Source: Eledone cirrhosa
Lineage: Eukaryota
DNA: 64,000 bases
Assembly (NCBI GenBank): GCA_964016885.1
Contig: OZ024755.1
Span: forward strand, 35,278,001 to 35,342,000
Direction: 5' to 3'
Shown: in pieces, positions 11,673-23,940 of the stretch
Position numbering within the stretch: position 1 is the first letter of the stretch
Layout: the number at the start of each line of letters is the position of its first letter
Notes under the pieces: model-generated
The model's input: the letters and a program-made list of their open reading frames with translations, nothing else
Told to the model about the DNA's origin: nothing
Databases searched by the model: none
Position numbers and translations under genes: made by a program

Positions 11673-14600
11673 TTGGTCTGTGGTCATGTCAGTGGTGTAG
11701 CTGTACTGACCACACTGGGTCTGTGGTCATGTCAGTGGTGTAGCTGTACTGACCACACTTGGTCTGTGGTCATGTCAATGGTGTAGCTGTACTGACCACA
11801 CTGGGTCTGTGGTCATGTCAGTGGTGTAGCTGTACTGACCACACTTGACCTGTGGTCATGTCAGTGGTGTAGCTGTACTGACCACACTGGGTTTGTGGTC
11901 ATGTCAGGGGTGTAGCTGTACTGACCACACTTGGCCTGTGGTCATGTCAGTGGTGTAGCTGTACTGATCACACTGGGTCTGTGGTCATGTCAGTGGTGTA
12001 GCTGTACTGACCACACTTGGCCTGTGGTCATGTCAGTGGTGTAGCTGTACTGACCACACTTGGCCTATGGTCATGTCAGGGGTGTAGCTGTACTGACCAC
12101 ACTTGACCTGTGGTCATGTCAGTGGTGTAGCTGTACTGACCACACTGGGCCAATTGTGGTCATGTCAGTGGTGTAGCTGTACTGACCACACTCGGTCTGT
12201 GGTCATGTCAGAGGTGTAGCTGTACTGACCACACTGGGTCTGTGGTCATGTCAGGGGTGTAGCTGTACTGACCACACTTGACCTGTGGTCATGTCAGGGG
12301 TGTAGCTGTACTGACCACACTTGACCTGTGGTCATGTCAGTGGTGTAGCTGTACTGACCACACTTGACCTGTGGTCATGTCAGTGGTGTAGCTGTACTGA
12401 CCACACTTGGCCTGTGGTCATGTCAGTGGTGTAGCTGTACTGACCACACTTGGCCTGTGGTCATGTCAGGGGTGTAGCTGTACTGACCACACTGGGTCTG
12501 TGGTCATGTCAGGGGTGTAGCTGTACTGACCACACTTGGCCTATGGTCATGTCAGGGGTGTAGCTGTACTGACCACACTTGACCTGTGGTCATGTCAGTG
12601 GTGTAGCTGTACTGACCACACTTGACCTGTGGTCATGTCAGTGGTGTAGCTGTACTGACCACACTTGGTCTGTGGTCATGTCAGAGGTGTAGCTGTACTG
12701 ACCACACTTGGTCTGTGGTCATGTCAGTGGTGTAGCTGTACTGACCACACTTGGTCTGTGGTCATGTCAGGGGTGTAGCTGTACTGACCACACTTGGCCT
12801 ATGGTCAGGTCAGGGGTGTAGCTGTACTGACCACACTTGACCTGTGGTCATGTCAGTGGTGTAGCTGTACTGACCACACTTGACCTGTGGTCATGTCAGT
12901 GGTGTAGCTGTACTGACCACACTTGACCTGTGGTCATGTCAGTGGTGTAGCTGTACTGACCACACTTGGCCTGTGGTCATGTCAGTGGTGTAGCTGTACT
13001 GACCACACTTGGCCTGTGATCATGTCAGTGGTGTAGCTGTATTGACCACACTTGGCCTGTGGTCATGTCAGGGGTGTAGCTGTACTGACCACACTTGACC
13101 TGTGGTCATGTCAGGGGTGTAGCTATACTGACCACACTTGGCCTATGGTCATGTCAGGGGTGTAGCTGTACTGACCACACTTGGCCTGTGGTCATGTCAG
13201 TGGTGTAGCTGTACTGACCACACTTGGCCTGTGATCATGTCAGTGGTGTAGCTGTATTGACCACACTTGGCCTGTGGTCATGTCAGGGGTGTAGCTGTAC
13301 TGACCACACTTGACCTGTGGTCATGTCAGTGGTGTAGCTGTACTGACCACACTTGACCTGTGGTCATGTCAGGGGTGTAGCTGTACTGACCACACTTGAC
13401 CTGTGGTCATGTCAGGGGTGTAGCTGTACTGACCACACTTGGCCTGTGGTCATGTCAGTGGTGTAGCTGTACTGACCACACTTGACCTGTGGTCATGTCA
13501 GGGGTGTAGCTGTACTGACCACACTTGGCCTGTGGTCATGTCAGTGGTGTAGCTGTACTGACCACACTTGACCTGTGGTCATGTCAGGGGTGTAGCTGTA
13601 CTGACCACACTTGGCCTGTGGTCATGTCAGTGGTGTAGCTGTACTGACCACACTTGACCTGTGGTCATGTCAGGGGTGTAGCTGTACTGACCACACTTGG
13701 CCTGTGGTCATGTCAGTGGTGTAGCTGTACTGACCACATTGACCTGTGGTCATGTCAGGGGTATAGCTGTACTGACCACATTGACCTGTGGTCATGTCAG
13801 TGGTGTAGCTGTACTGACCACATTGACCTGTGGTCATGTCAGTGGTGTAGCTGTACTGACCACACTTGACCTGTGGTCATGTCAGTGGTGTAGCTGTACT
13901 GACCACACTTGGCCTGTGGTCATGTCAGTGGTGTAGCTGTACTGACCACACTTGGCCTGTGGTCAAGTCAGTGGTGTAGCTGTACTGACCACACTTGACC
14001 CGTGGTCATGTCAGGGGTGTAGCTGTACTGACCACACTTGACCTGTGGTCATGTCAGTGGTGTAGCTGTACTCACCACACTGGGTCTGTGGTCATGTCAG
14101 AGGTGTAGCTGTACTGACCACACTTGGCCTGTGGTCATGTCAGGGGTGTAGCTGTACTGACCACACTTGGTCTGTGGTCATGTCAGTGGTGTAGCTGTAC
14201 TGACCACACTTGACCAATTGTGGTCATGTCAGTGGTGTAGCTGTACTGACCACACTTGGCCTGTGGTCATGTCAGTGGTGTAGCTGTACTGACCACACTT
14301 GGCCTGTGGTCATGTCAGTGGTGTAGCTGTACTGACCACACTGGGCCAATTGTGGTCATGTCAGTGGTGTAGCTGTACTGACCAAACTTGGTCTGTGGTC
14401 ATGTCAGTGGTGTAGCTGTACTGACCACACTTGGTCAGTGGTCATGTCAGTGGTGTAGCTGTACTGACCACACTTGGCCTGTGGTCATGTCAGGGGTGTA
14501 GCTGTACTGACCACACTGGGCCTGTGGTCATGTCAGTGGTGTAGCTGTACTGACCACACTTGGCCAATTGTGGTCATGTTAGTGGTGTAGCTGTACTGAC

Positions 14601-17490
14601 CACACTTGGCCTGTGGTCATGTCAGTGGTGCAGCTGTACTCACCACACTGGGTCTGTGGTCATGTCAGTGGTGTAGCTGTACTGACCACACTGGGTCTGT
14701 GGTCATGTCAGTGGTGTAGCTGTACTGACCACACTTGACCTGTGGTCATGTCAGGGGTGTAGCTGTACTGACCACACTGGGCCTGTGGTCATGTCAGGGG
14801 TGTAGCTGTACTGACCACACTGGGCCTGTGGTCATGTCAGGGGTGGAGCCGTACTCACCACACTTGGCCTGTGGTCATGTCAGTGGTGTAGCTGTACTCA
14901 CCACACTTGGCCTGTGGTCATGTCAGTGGTGTAGCTGTACTGACCACACTGGGCCTGTGGTCATGTCAGGGGTGTAGCTGTACTGACCACACTGGGCCTG
15001 TGGTCATGTCAGGGGTGGAGCCGTACTCACCACACTTGGCCTGTGGTCATATCAGTGGTGTAGCTGTACTGACCACACTGGGTCTGTGGTCATGTCAGGG
15101 GTGTAGCTGTACTGACCACACTTGACCTGTGGTCATGTCAGGGGTGTAACTGTACTGACCACACTTGGCCTGTGATCATGTCAGGGGTGTAGCTGTACTG
15201 ACCACACTGGGCCTGTGGTCATGTCAGTGGTGCAGCTGTACTGACCACACTTGGCCTGTGGTCATGTCAGTGGTGTAGCTGTACTGACCACACTGGGCCT
15301 GTGGTCATGTCAGGGGTGTAGCTGTACTGACCACACTGGGCCTGTGGTCATGTCAGGGGTGGAGCCGTACTCACCACACTTGGCCTGTGGTCATATCAGT
15401 GGTGTAGCTGTACTGACCACACTGGGTCTGTGGTCATGTCAGGGGTGTAGCTGTACTGACCACACTTGACCTGTGGTCATGTCAGGGGTGTAACTGTACT
15501 GACCACACTTGGCCTGTGATCATGTCAGGGGTGTAGCTGTACTGACCACACTGGGCCTGTGGTCATGTCAGTGGTGCAGCTGTACTGACCACACTTGGCC
15601 TGTGGTCATGTCAGTGGTGTAGCTGTACTGACCACACTTGGCCTGTGGTCATGTCAGGGGTGTAGCTGTACTGACCACACTGGGCCTGTGGTCATGTCAG
15701 TGGTGTAGCTGTAATGACCACACTTGGCCTGTGGTCATGTTAGTGGTGTAGCTGTACTGACCACACTGGCCTGTGGTCATGTCAGTGGTGTAGCTGTACT
15801 GACCACACTGGCCTGTGGTCATGTCAGTGGTGTAGCTGTACTGACCACACTTGGCCTGTGGTCATGTCAGGGGTGTAGCTGTACTGACCACACTGGGCCT
15901 GTGGTCATGTCAGTGGTGTAGCTGTAATGACCACACTTGGCCTGTGGTCATGTCAGTGGTGTAGCTGTACTGACCACACTTGGTCTGTGGTCATGTCAGT
16001 GGTGTAGCTGTACTGACCACACTTGGCCTGTGGTCATGTCAGGGGTGTAGCTGTATTGACCACACTGGGCCTGTGGTCATGTCAGTGGTGTAGCTGTACT
16101 GACCACACTTGGCCAATTGTGGTCATGTCAGTGGTATAGCTGTACTGACCACACTCGGCCAATTGTGGTCATGTCAGTGGTGTAGCTGTACTCACCACAC
16201 TTGGCCTGTGGTCATGTCAGTGGTGTAGCTGTACTCACCACACTGGGTCTGTGGTCATGTCAGTGGTGTAGCTGTACTGACCACACTGGGCCAATTGTGG
16301 TCATGTCAGTGGTGTAGCTGTACTGACCACACTTGGCCTGTGGTCATGTCAGGGGTGTAGCTGTACTGACCACACTGGGCCTGTGGTCATGTCAGGGGTG
16401 TAGCTGTACTGACCACACTTGGCCTGTGGTCATGTCAGTGGTGTAGCTGTACTGACCACACTTGGCCTGTGGTCATGTCAGGGGTGTAGCTGTACTGACC
16501 ACACTGGGCCTGTGGTCATGTCAGGGGTGTAGCTGTACTGACCACACTGGGTCTGTGGTCATGTCAGTGGTGTAGCCGTACTCACCACACTTGGCCTGTG
16601 GTCATGTCAGTGGTGTAGCTGTACTGACCACACTTGGCCTGTGATCATGTCAGTGGTGTAGCTGTACTGACCACACTTGGCCTGTGGTCATGTCAGGGGT
16701 GTAGCTGTACTGACCACACTTGGCCTGTGATCATGTCAGGGGTGTAGCTGTACTGACCACACTGGGCCTGTGGTCATGTCAGGGGTGTAGCTGTACTGAC
16801 CACACTTGGCCTGTGATCATGTCAGGGGTGTAGCTGTACTGACCACACTGGGCCTGTGGTCATGTCAGGGGTGTAGCTGTACTGACCACACTTGGCCTGT
16901 GATCATGTCAGGGGTGTAGCTGTACTGACCACACTGGGCCTGTGGTCATGTCAGGGGTGTAGCTGTACTGACCACACTTGGCCTGTGATCATGTCAGGGG
17001 TGTAGCTGTACTGACCACACTGGGCCTGTGGTCATGTCAGGGGTGTAGCTGTACTGACCACACTTGGCCTGTGATCATGTCAGGGGTGGAGCTGTACTGA
17101 CCACACTTGGCCTGTGATCATGTCAGGGGTGTAGCTGTACTGACCACACTGGGCCAATTGTGGTCATGTCAGTGGTGTAGCTGTACTGACCAAACTTGGT
17201 CTGTGGTCATGTCAGTGGTGTAGCTGTACTGACCACACTTGGCCTGTGGTCATGTCAGTGGTGTAGCTGTACTCACCACACTTGGCCTGTGGTCATGTCA
17301 GGGGTGTAGCTGTACTGACCACACTGGGCCTGTGGTCATGTCAGGGGTGTAGCTGTACTGACCACACTGGGTCTGTGGTCATGTCAGGGGTGTAGCTGTA
17401 CTGACCACACTGGGCCTGTGGTCATGTCAGTGGTGTAGCTGTACTGACCACACTTGGCCTGTGGTCATGTCAGGGGTGGAGCCGTACTCA
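11673..17490 (+). repeat. 43-bp tandem satellite, about 135 copies, internally palindromic
   Basis: Unit tgtggtcatgtcag(t/g)ggtgtagctgtactgaccacacttggcc, with occasional 42-bp and 46-bp (ccaattgtgg) variants. Confidence 0.98.
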
Positions 17491-17682
17491 TCACGCTTAG
17501 CTGGGTTGGTGAGGGTATTGAACCTATAGCTGGGTAAACTCAGCTCTACAGCTCAGTGAACTGGAACAACATGAAATAAAGAACACAACACAAAGCTTGG
17601 TCCAAGAATCCAACTCACCAGCTCAGGATTCTAAGCGTTCTAATTACTAGGCTATGTGCCTTCACATACATACATATATATA

Positions 17683-17722
<40 letters not shown>

Positions 17723-17728
17723 TTCACT

Positions 17729-17762
<34 letters not shown>

Positions 17763-18261
17763 AGTTCATCCCGGGTTCAATCGGGGGTAACCACAGTAAG
17801 TTAGGTACTCAATACATAGCAGCTAGAAATGAACATAGTCTATGCTGGCCTTTCTATTGAGAAACTATAGTGCTTGACCTCATCTCTAATATGCTATCTG
17901 ATGAACTCTGGGCCATCGGTTACATTGTGATGACACCAATTAATCATTGGCACCACAGAAATATGTATAAGTTATTGGAATGAATTTATGAACATCTTCA
18001 TATTGCCTTCACAATTATTTACTGTATATACATACAAATGTGTTCTTTTCGTTGTGTACTGTATACGAGATATGTATATAAAATAAAACCATATTAGGTG
18101 CTCTTTACAAATCTTTCTTACTTTTCTGATATGGAGGTCACTAAAATAAATTCAGTGACCACCATAATCTTTCTCTGTCTCTCTCTATATATATCATCAT
18201 CATCGTTTAACATCCATCTTCCATGCTAGCATGGGTAGGACTATATATAATAATGAAATAA

Positions 18262-18468
18262 TAATAATGAAATTATTGTGTAAAGTGCTCAGGTGCACCA
18301 CAACTCGTCAATATAGTACATAGAATAATACACAAATGTCAGGTAAGTACATGTGTGTATGTGTTAGCTGTAGTGTTGGCGGATCTCGGGAAGCATAGAG
18401 GCTTTAAAGGATGCAGTGTCTCGACAGCTAACAACTGATGCAGGTAGTTTGTTCCATGCTTCAGCAAC
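18262..18468 (-). mobile_element. CR1-clade LINE 3' remnant
   Basis: Homologous to 22350-22610 (gtttgttccatgcttcagcaac, aaaggatgcagtgtc). Confidence 0.7.
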
Positions 18469-19210
18469 ATATAGCAAAAGAATCAAGAATAACATGGTCA
18501 GCTGTACAATAGGGTTTATTTACAGTATTAACATTGTTTCATTAGTCCGGTGTATCTAAAAATTGTTGATCGTTAGAAATTATGTCACTCGACCTTAATT
18601 ATAGTTGATACCCAACCAAATCGTCAGAATACTGATTTGTTATTCTTTATTCTTTTGCTATTTTTACTCCAAGAACCACCTGCCTAGGAACTTTCTTAAA
18701 CCGGCCACCTGACTAAGGAAACTTCTTGTTGAGTCAAACAACGGCGTATGTTAAAACTATCCTTGATACAGAGTACTCATAATCTCTAGCTGGAATGCCT
18801 TAAACGATACCTAGTAGTACAGAAGACCCGACTTCCCATGGGAACAAGCCAAAGCTGAAGCATATAGACAATATGCCCCCCCCCCCCTGCAAAGTGGTCA
18901 TGGAGGTGCCACAGCAAAAAAGCACCCAGCCCACACTATAAATATAAAGTGGTTGTGTAGGCGCCACGAAAAAAAAAAAAGCACCCAGCACTCACTGTAA
19001 ATGAGGTTGGTGTTAGGAAGGGCATCCAGCTGTAGAAATCAAGCCAGAATCAGTTCCCGTATAAGTAAGACATGGTCAGCCGACCGGACACTGCCCACAA
19101 CAGGACAACTCGTCTAACCCATGCTAGCGTGGAAGAATGGACGTAAAACGGTGATGATGATATATACACACATACCTATACATATGTTTGAGTAAGAAAC
19201 CAATACTTCT

Positions 19211-19242
<32 letters not shown>

Positions 19243-20038
19243 GCCAATGCATACACGATGGTTTCAGCAAAGGTTGAACTAAGACAACAACATTGTTGAA
19301 TTAAATATGAAATACATCTGTAAGTTGATAACATATTCAGTTTAACAGCTCTTCTTAAAGGCATGAATGCCACAACTTCCAAGTTCATGTACATATCTAA
19401 ACCAACCATCATAATTTTGCCAGAAATCCTTATTATCTCTGCCTATGTAATTCTTCAGTGATGGAGAAAATCTTTTGTAGATCAGAAGAAATAGGCTTAA
19501 ATTAAGCTGAGATTTAAAATCACAAAGTTGTTGATTCCACCTTCTCACACATGCACACACATGTATACACATGCTTGCATATGCATACATGTATAAACAC
19601 ACATGTATACACACATATGTATACACATACATGTATACACATACATGTATACACATACATTCATATAGATTCCAATCTGGGGATCATAGCGATCCACAAT
19701 AGAATAAAGAACTCAATATAAGAGTAAAAGTGTACCAAACACTATAATCTGACAAGCGATTGCAGTACTCTTAGCAGAGTTTTCAGCTATCATATGTGTG
19801 TGTATATATATATGTATATATATATATATATAAATACACAAATATGAATATATATATATATGTGTTTGTATGTATTCATACTTACTTTTAAGTTTCAGCT
19901 GTGCTAGACCGAGAAATAAAATTCTCATTTTTAATTTTAATATTTGGCAAAGCCAGACACAAATCGCTCGGTATGCAAATGAGGCTACTTAAGAAAATAC
20001 AATATATTTTCAACCGTTCAACAGACTTGCAGAGGTAT

Positions 20039-20081
20039 ACAGTCCTGATGAAGGGTAATGACCCAGAAACATGTTGATTGT
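20039..20081 (+). ncRNA. Minimal type-I hammerhead ribozyme motif
   Basis: acagtc-CTGATGA-a gggt aatg accc a-GAAAC-at-GTT-gattgt. Stem I acagtc/gattgt, palindromic stem III aacatgtt. Confidence 0.65.
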
Positions 20082-20254
20082 TCCTCAAAGCCAGCGTTGA
20101 ACAAGCAGGTGATGACACAGCTTCTAATCAGGCTCGTTTGTTTACAAACGAATTGGACATTATTATAAATGATAAATGTTCTATATAACCCATATGTACA
20201 TATGTATATGTATATATGTGTGTGGGTGTATATATGTATATATGTGTGTGGGTG

Positions 20255-20297
<43 letters not shown>

Positions 20298-20682
20298 GTA
20301 TATATATATATGTATATATATAATAAAGATGATGAAATATATGGAAAATAGAAATGGCTGTGTAGTTGCTATTTAAGGTAACTTAAAATGCAGTGGGAAT
20401 ACAAAGAAAGCAAGAACCGGGGGGGTTCCTCATCAGTTATCTACTGAGGGTCTAGAATAGTTCTACGCTTTAAAGACAAGATACCACTTCACCCGAAGGC
20501 GTCAATAACTGGATAAGTTATTGGGAAAACGAAGGAAGGAGGGAAGGAAAGCAAAGGGGAAGAAATGACAAACAGTAACTAAACAGCGAAAAAAACACAA
20601 ATACAGATATGTATATATATATGAGTGTGTTCGTATGCATACTTATCTTTATGTGCTAGAGCAAGAATTAGACTTCTTATTT

Positions 20683-20718
<36 letters not shown>

Positions 20719-20722
<4 letters not shown>

Positions 20723-21172
20723 TAGTGAGACATGGGCAGCAACTGCAGAGGATGTGCGATGGATGGAGAGAAATGAAGTGAGCATGCTCCCTTGGATGTG
20801 CAATGTCAATGTGCGTGAATGACCAAGCATAGAGGAGTTGAGAGAGAAACTGTGTATAAGAGGGATAAGCTGTAGTGTGTGGTAGAGAAGACTGTGATGG
20901 TATGGACATGTGATGTACATGGAAGATGACCGCCGGGTAAAGAAGTGTCAAGAAATCCCAGTTGAAGGAAGACGCTGTAGAGGAAGACCACGAAAATCAG
21001 GTGAGAGCTGATCTCAGAAGCTCACGGAGGAGATGACGAAGGACCGTGATGAATGGAGAGATGCTGTGCTGAATAGGGCCTGTCCCACTGGAGAGATGCT
21101 GTGCTGAATACGGCCTGTCCCACCCTTGCAAGCAGGGAAAAGCGGACGTAAAATAATGATGATGATGATGAT
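20719..21172 (+). mobile_element. RTE-clade LINE 3' fragment with tail
   Basis: YGSETWA...ERNE..ML.WMC, W(Y)GHV and RGRPRK motifs; tail ggacgtaaaataatgatgatg. Confidence 0.8.
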
Positions 21173-21504
21173 ATATATATATGCAAGTGAGACAATTGTA
21201 CTGGAATGGTCATGTGATGGGTAAGCAGAGATGTCTAAAGAAGTGCTGAGTACTTGAAGTAGAACTTATAAGAGAGGGAGATCAAGGAAGACATGAGATG
21301 AAGTTGTGAAAAATGACTATAAGAAACTGAACCTCAGAAATGAGACAGGATCAAGTTGACTGATGATATATTCTATAATGCAAAAGATCTGCCCACCAGT
21401 ACAACTACTGTGATAATTAAAGTGAATATGGGAAGAGATTGGAGATTACATGGAAAGGAGATGGCCCTTACATGTATAGTTGGCAATCAGATGGAGATTC
21501 CCTA

Positions 21505-22020
21505 GGCATGGATACGTCAAAGCTAATGATGATCTGGACTCTGACTCAGTAGACAGCCATAAAATTATTAACCATCTTGCCAACAATATCACTGAGCACC
21601 CTTTTGAATTCCATGTGTCTAACACTCTTAGACATGCTTACAAAGTCAGAAAATAGCACATGACTTTCGGAAACATTTTTTCACGCTCAGAGTTGCTGAA
21701 GTATGTAACAAACTACCTGCATCAGTTGTTAGCTGTCAGGACATCATCATCATCATCATCCTCATTTTACATCTGCTTTTCCCTGCTTGCAAGGGTTGGA
21801 CACTGCATCCTTCAAAACCTCCCATACTTCCCGAAATTCGCCAACACTCCACCTGATATTCCCCTCCACACACACACATGTATGTATGTGTATGTTGGTG
21901 TGTATATCATGACTCATACACTGTTCACTTTCCTGACATTTGTACATTATTCTATGTACTACACATGCACCTTTGATGAGTTGTAGTGCACCTGAGCACT
22001 GTACACAATAATTTACATTA
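21505..22020 (+). mobile_element. CR1-clade LINE 3' fragment with a nested RTE/SINE tail insertion (21744-21797)
   Basis: FFTLRVAE...NKLPASVV-type coding remnant. The nested piece is flanked by ggaca/ggaca. Confidence 0.75.
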
Positions 22021-22344
22021 TTTTTTTTGTTGTGTTTTATACTTTAGTCTGGCTGTACATATGATAACCACTTCAGTACTGGTGCCATGATAAAATGCAC
22101 CCAGTACACCCTGTAAGGTTGTTGGTATTAGGAAGGGTTTTCAGCCATATAAACCATACCAAATATGGAATATGAGGAAGATGAACTTTCTTTAGCCTCG
22201 GGTTATGACAACCCAACCAACCCAAACCAGCATGGGAGGTGGACATAAAATGAGGATGATAACATGCATGTATTGTTAGACATTTATATATATATATATA
22301 TATATATATTTATCGAAGATTTTTCGGTCCTATCTGATGATTTA

Positions 22345-22852
22345 ATAATAATAATAATGAAATATTGTGTACAGTGCTCAGGTGCACTACAACTCATCAA
22401 AAGGTGTATGTATAGTACATAGGATAATGTACAAACATCAGGAAAATGAACAGTACATGAGTCATGATATACACACGTGTGCATGTGTATGGAAGGAGTA
22501 CATCAGGCATAGTTTTGGCGTATTTCGGGAAGCATGAGGGTTTTAAAGGATGCAGTGTCTCGGCAGGTAACAACTGACGCAGGTAGTTTGTTCCATGCTT
22601 CAGCAACTCTGAGCGTGAAAAAATGTTTACGAAAGTCATGGGAGCTGTGCTGTTTTCTGACTTTGTAGGCATGTCCACGTGTGTTAGACACATGGAGATC
22701 AAAAAGGTGCTAAGGGTTGTTGTTGGCAAGATGGTTAATAACTTTGTGGGTGTTTACCAAGTCCATTGCCAGACGTTGGAGCTTCAATGAATCCATGCCC
22801 AGGGAAGCAAGGCGTTCAGAGTATGGTAGGTGTCTGATGGAGGGTATCATTT
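22345..22852 (-). mobile_element. CR1-clade LINE 3' fragment
   Basis: ORF 22503-22691 NTRGHAYKVRKQ...FRKHFFTLRVAEAWNKLPASVV is a hallmark CR1 ORF2 C-terminus; (tta)n tail. Confidence 0.85.
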
Positions 22853-23007
22853 CAGTATTATTATATATATATATTGAGGACTCACTTTATAAGTGCACAG
22901 CCTCACAGCAATAGCGCATTTTCTGGTATATGATTACTGCAGACCAGTCGGCGAAACTGAAGTTGGGACTTTGAAGAAGAAATAGGTATATTTTTGTGTA
23001 TTATTTC

Positions 23008-23044
<37 letters not shown>

Positions 23045-23093
23045 AAGAAGTGTAAGTCAACAGGTTAAAATTAGCTTAATTTATTCATATTCG

Positions 23094-23150
23094 CTGCTAT
23101 ATATATTTCAGTGATAGCCATTAATCAACAGCTATTACTTCATCAGACAG
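23094..23150 (-). ncRNA. Hammerhead ribozyme motif
   Basis: Reverse complement reads ctgt-CTGATGA-agtaatagc...gctatcact-GAAA-tatat-ATA-gcag. Confidence 0.6.
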
Positions 23151-23438
23151 TAAGAACTTGAACAGAGAAAACAGGAAAACGATGTTGTAATAGATTTTAC
23201 CTTGTTAATCCATTGATATTCTCAGATCCAGAGTGTGGTGTTAGTCCTCTAAGGAACTGAATGCATATGTGTTACACTTCTTGTTTTTACATTACTCCGG
23301 ATTAAACAGACCAACCTGCGTACGTCGTTGAGTGCTCTAACCTGCATACTGAAGTGTCGGTAATCAACCAACACATACTCAAAATTATATATATATATAT
23401 ATATATAGAAGAAATATATATATATCTTGACTGAGAAA

Positions 23439-23511
23439 GTCTCCTGATGATTTGAAATTTCTCACAATACTCGGAGTATTGTTATTTTCTCAATGAAACT
23501 GGTGTAAGGAC
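23439..23511 (+). ncRNA. Hammerhead ribozyme motif with long stem II
   Basis: gtctc-CTGATGA-ttga...acaatactc/gagtattgt...tcaat-GAAAC-tggt-GTA-aggac. Confidence 0.55.
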
Positions 23512-23600
23512 ATTAAAGTAAGTAAAGATTTTTTTCTTATCTTGTTTGCTTTTTGCAGATATGATTATATATATATATATATAATAAAACCCCTTTTATA

Positions 23601-23645
23601 GCTCTGAAGAATCCTACGGTTACGTAAGGAAGAAACATTGTAAGC
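23601..23645 (+). ncRNA. Hammerhead ribozyme motif
   Basis: gct-CTGAAGA-a tcctacg gtta cgtaagga a-GAAAC-att-GTA-agc. Confidence 0.6.
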
Positions 23646-23803
23646 CAATAAAAATCTTTTGATGTTGTAGATGCTCTTGTGTTCTTTATCATATATACGG
23701 CTCTGCTCCAAAGCATAGAGCTAATTATTATGCTGTCAATACCTTAATGGGACACGGGTATACAATACCTAACTCCTATTAACCTAAGTATATATATATA
23801 TAT

Positions 23804-23940
23804 ATATTTATTAAAATAACAGATTAAAGTTTAAGCAAAGAATCGCTGCTTTCACCCTTAACGGGATCCTCTGAAGATCCCGTTAAGGGTGAAAGCAGCG
23901 ATTCTTTGCTTAAACTTTAATCTGTTATTTTAATAAATAT
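23804..23940. repeat. Perfect 65-bp inverted repeat with a 7-nt loop, centred on a hammerhead core
   Basis: Arms 23804-23868 and 23876-23940; the centre reads ct-CTGAAGA-tccc gttaa gggt-GAAA. Confidence 0.95.

Noticed and set aside
11673-17490. CRISPR array (palindromic ~36-bp repeat with short variable linker)
   Set aside because: There are no unique spacers (linkers are few-nt variants of one sequence), no cas genes, and the context is eukaryotic.
20414-20440. Hammerhead on the - strand (CTGATGA-ggaacc..ggttc)
   Set aside because: No GAAA follows stem II; at best a truncated remnant.
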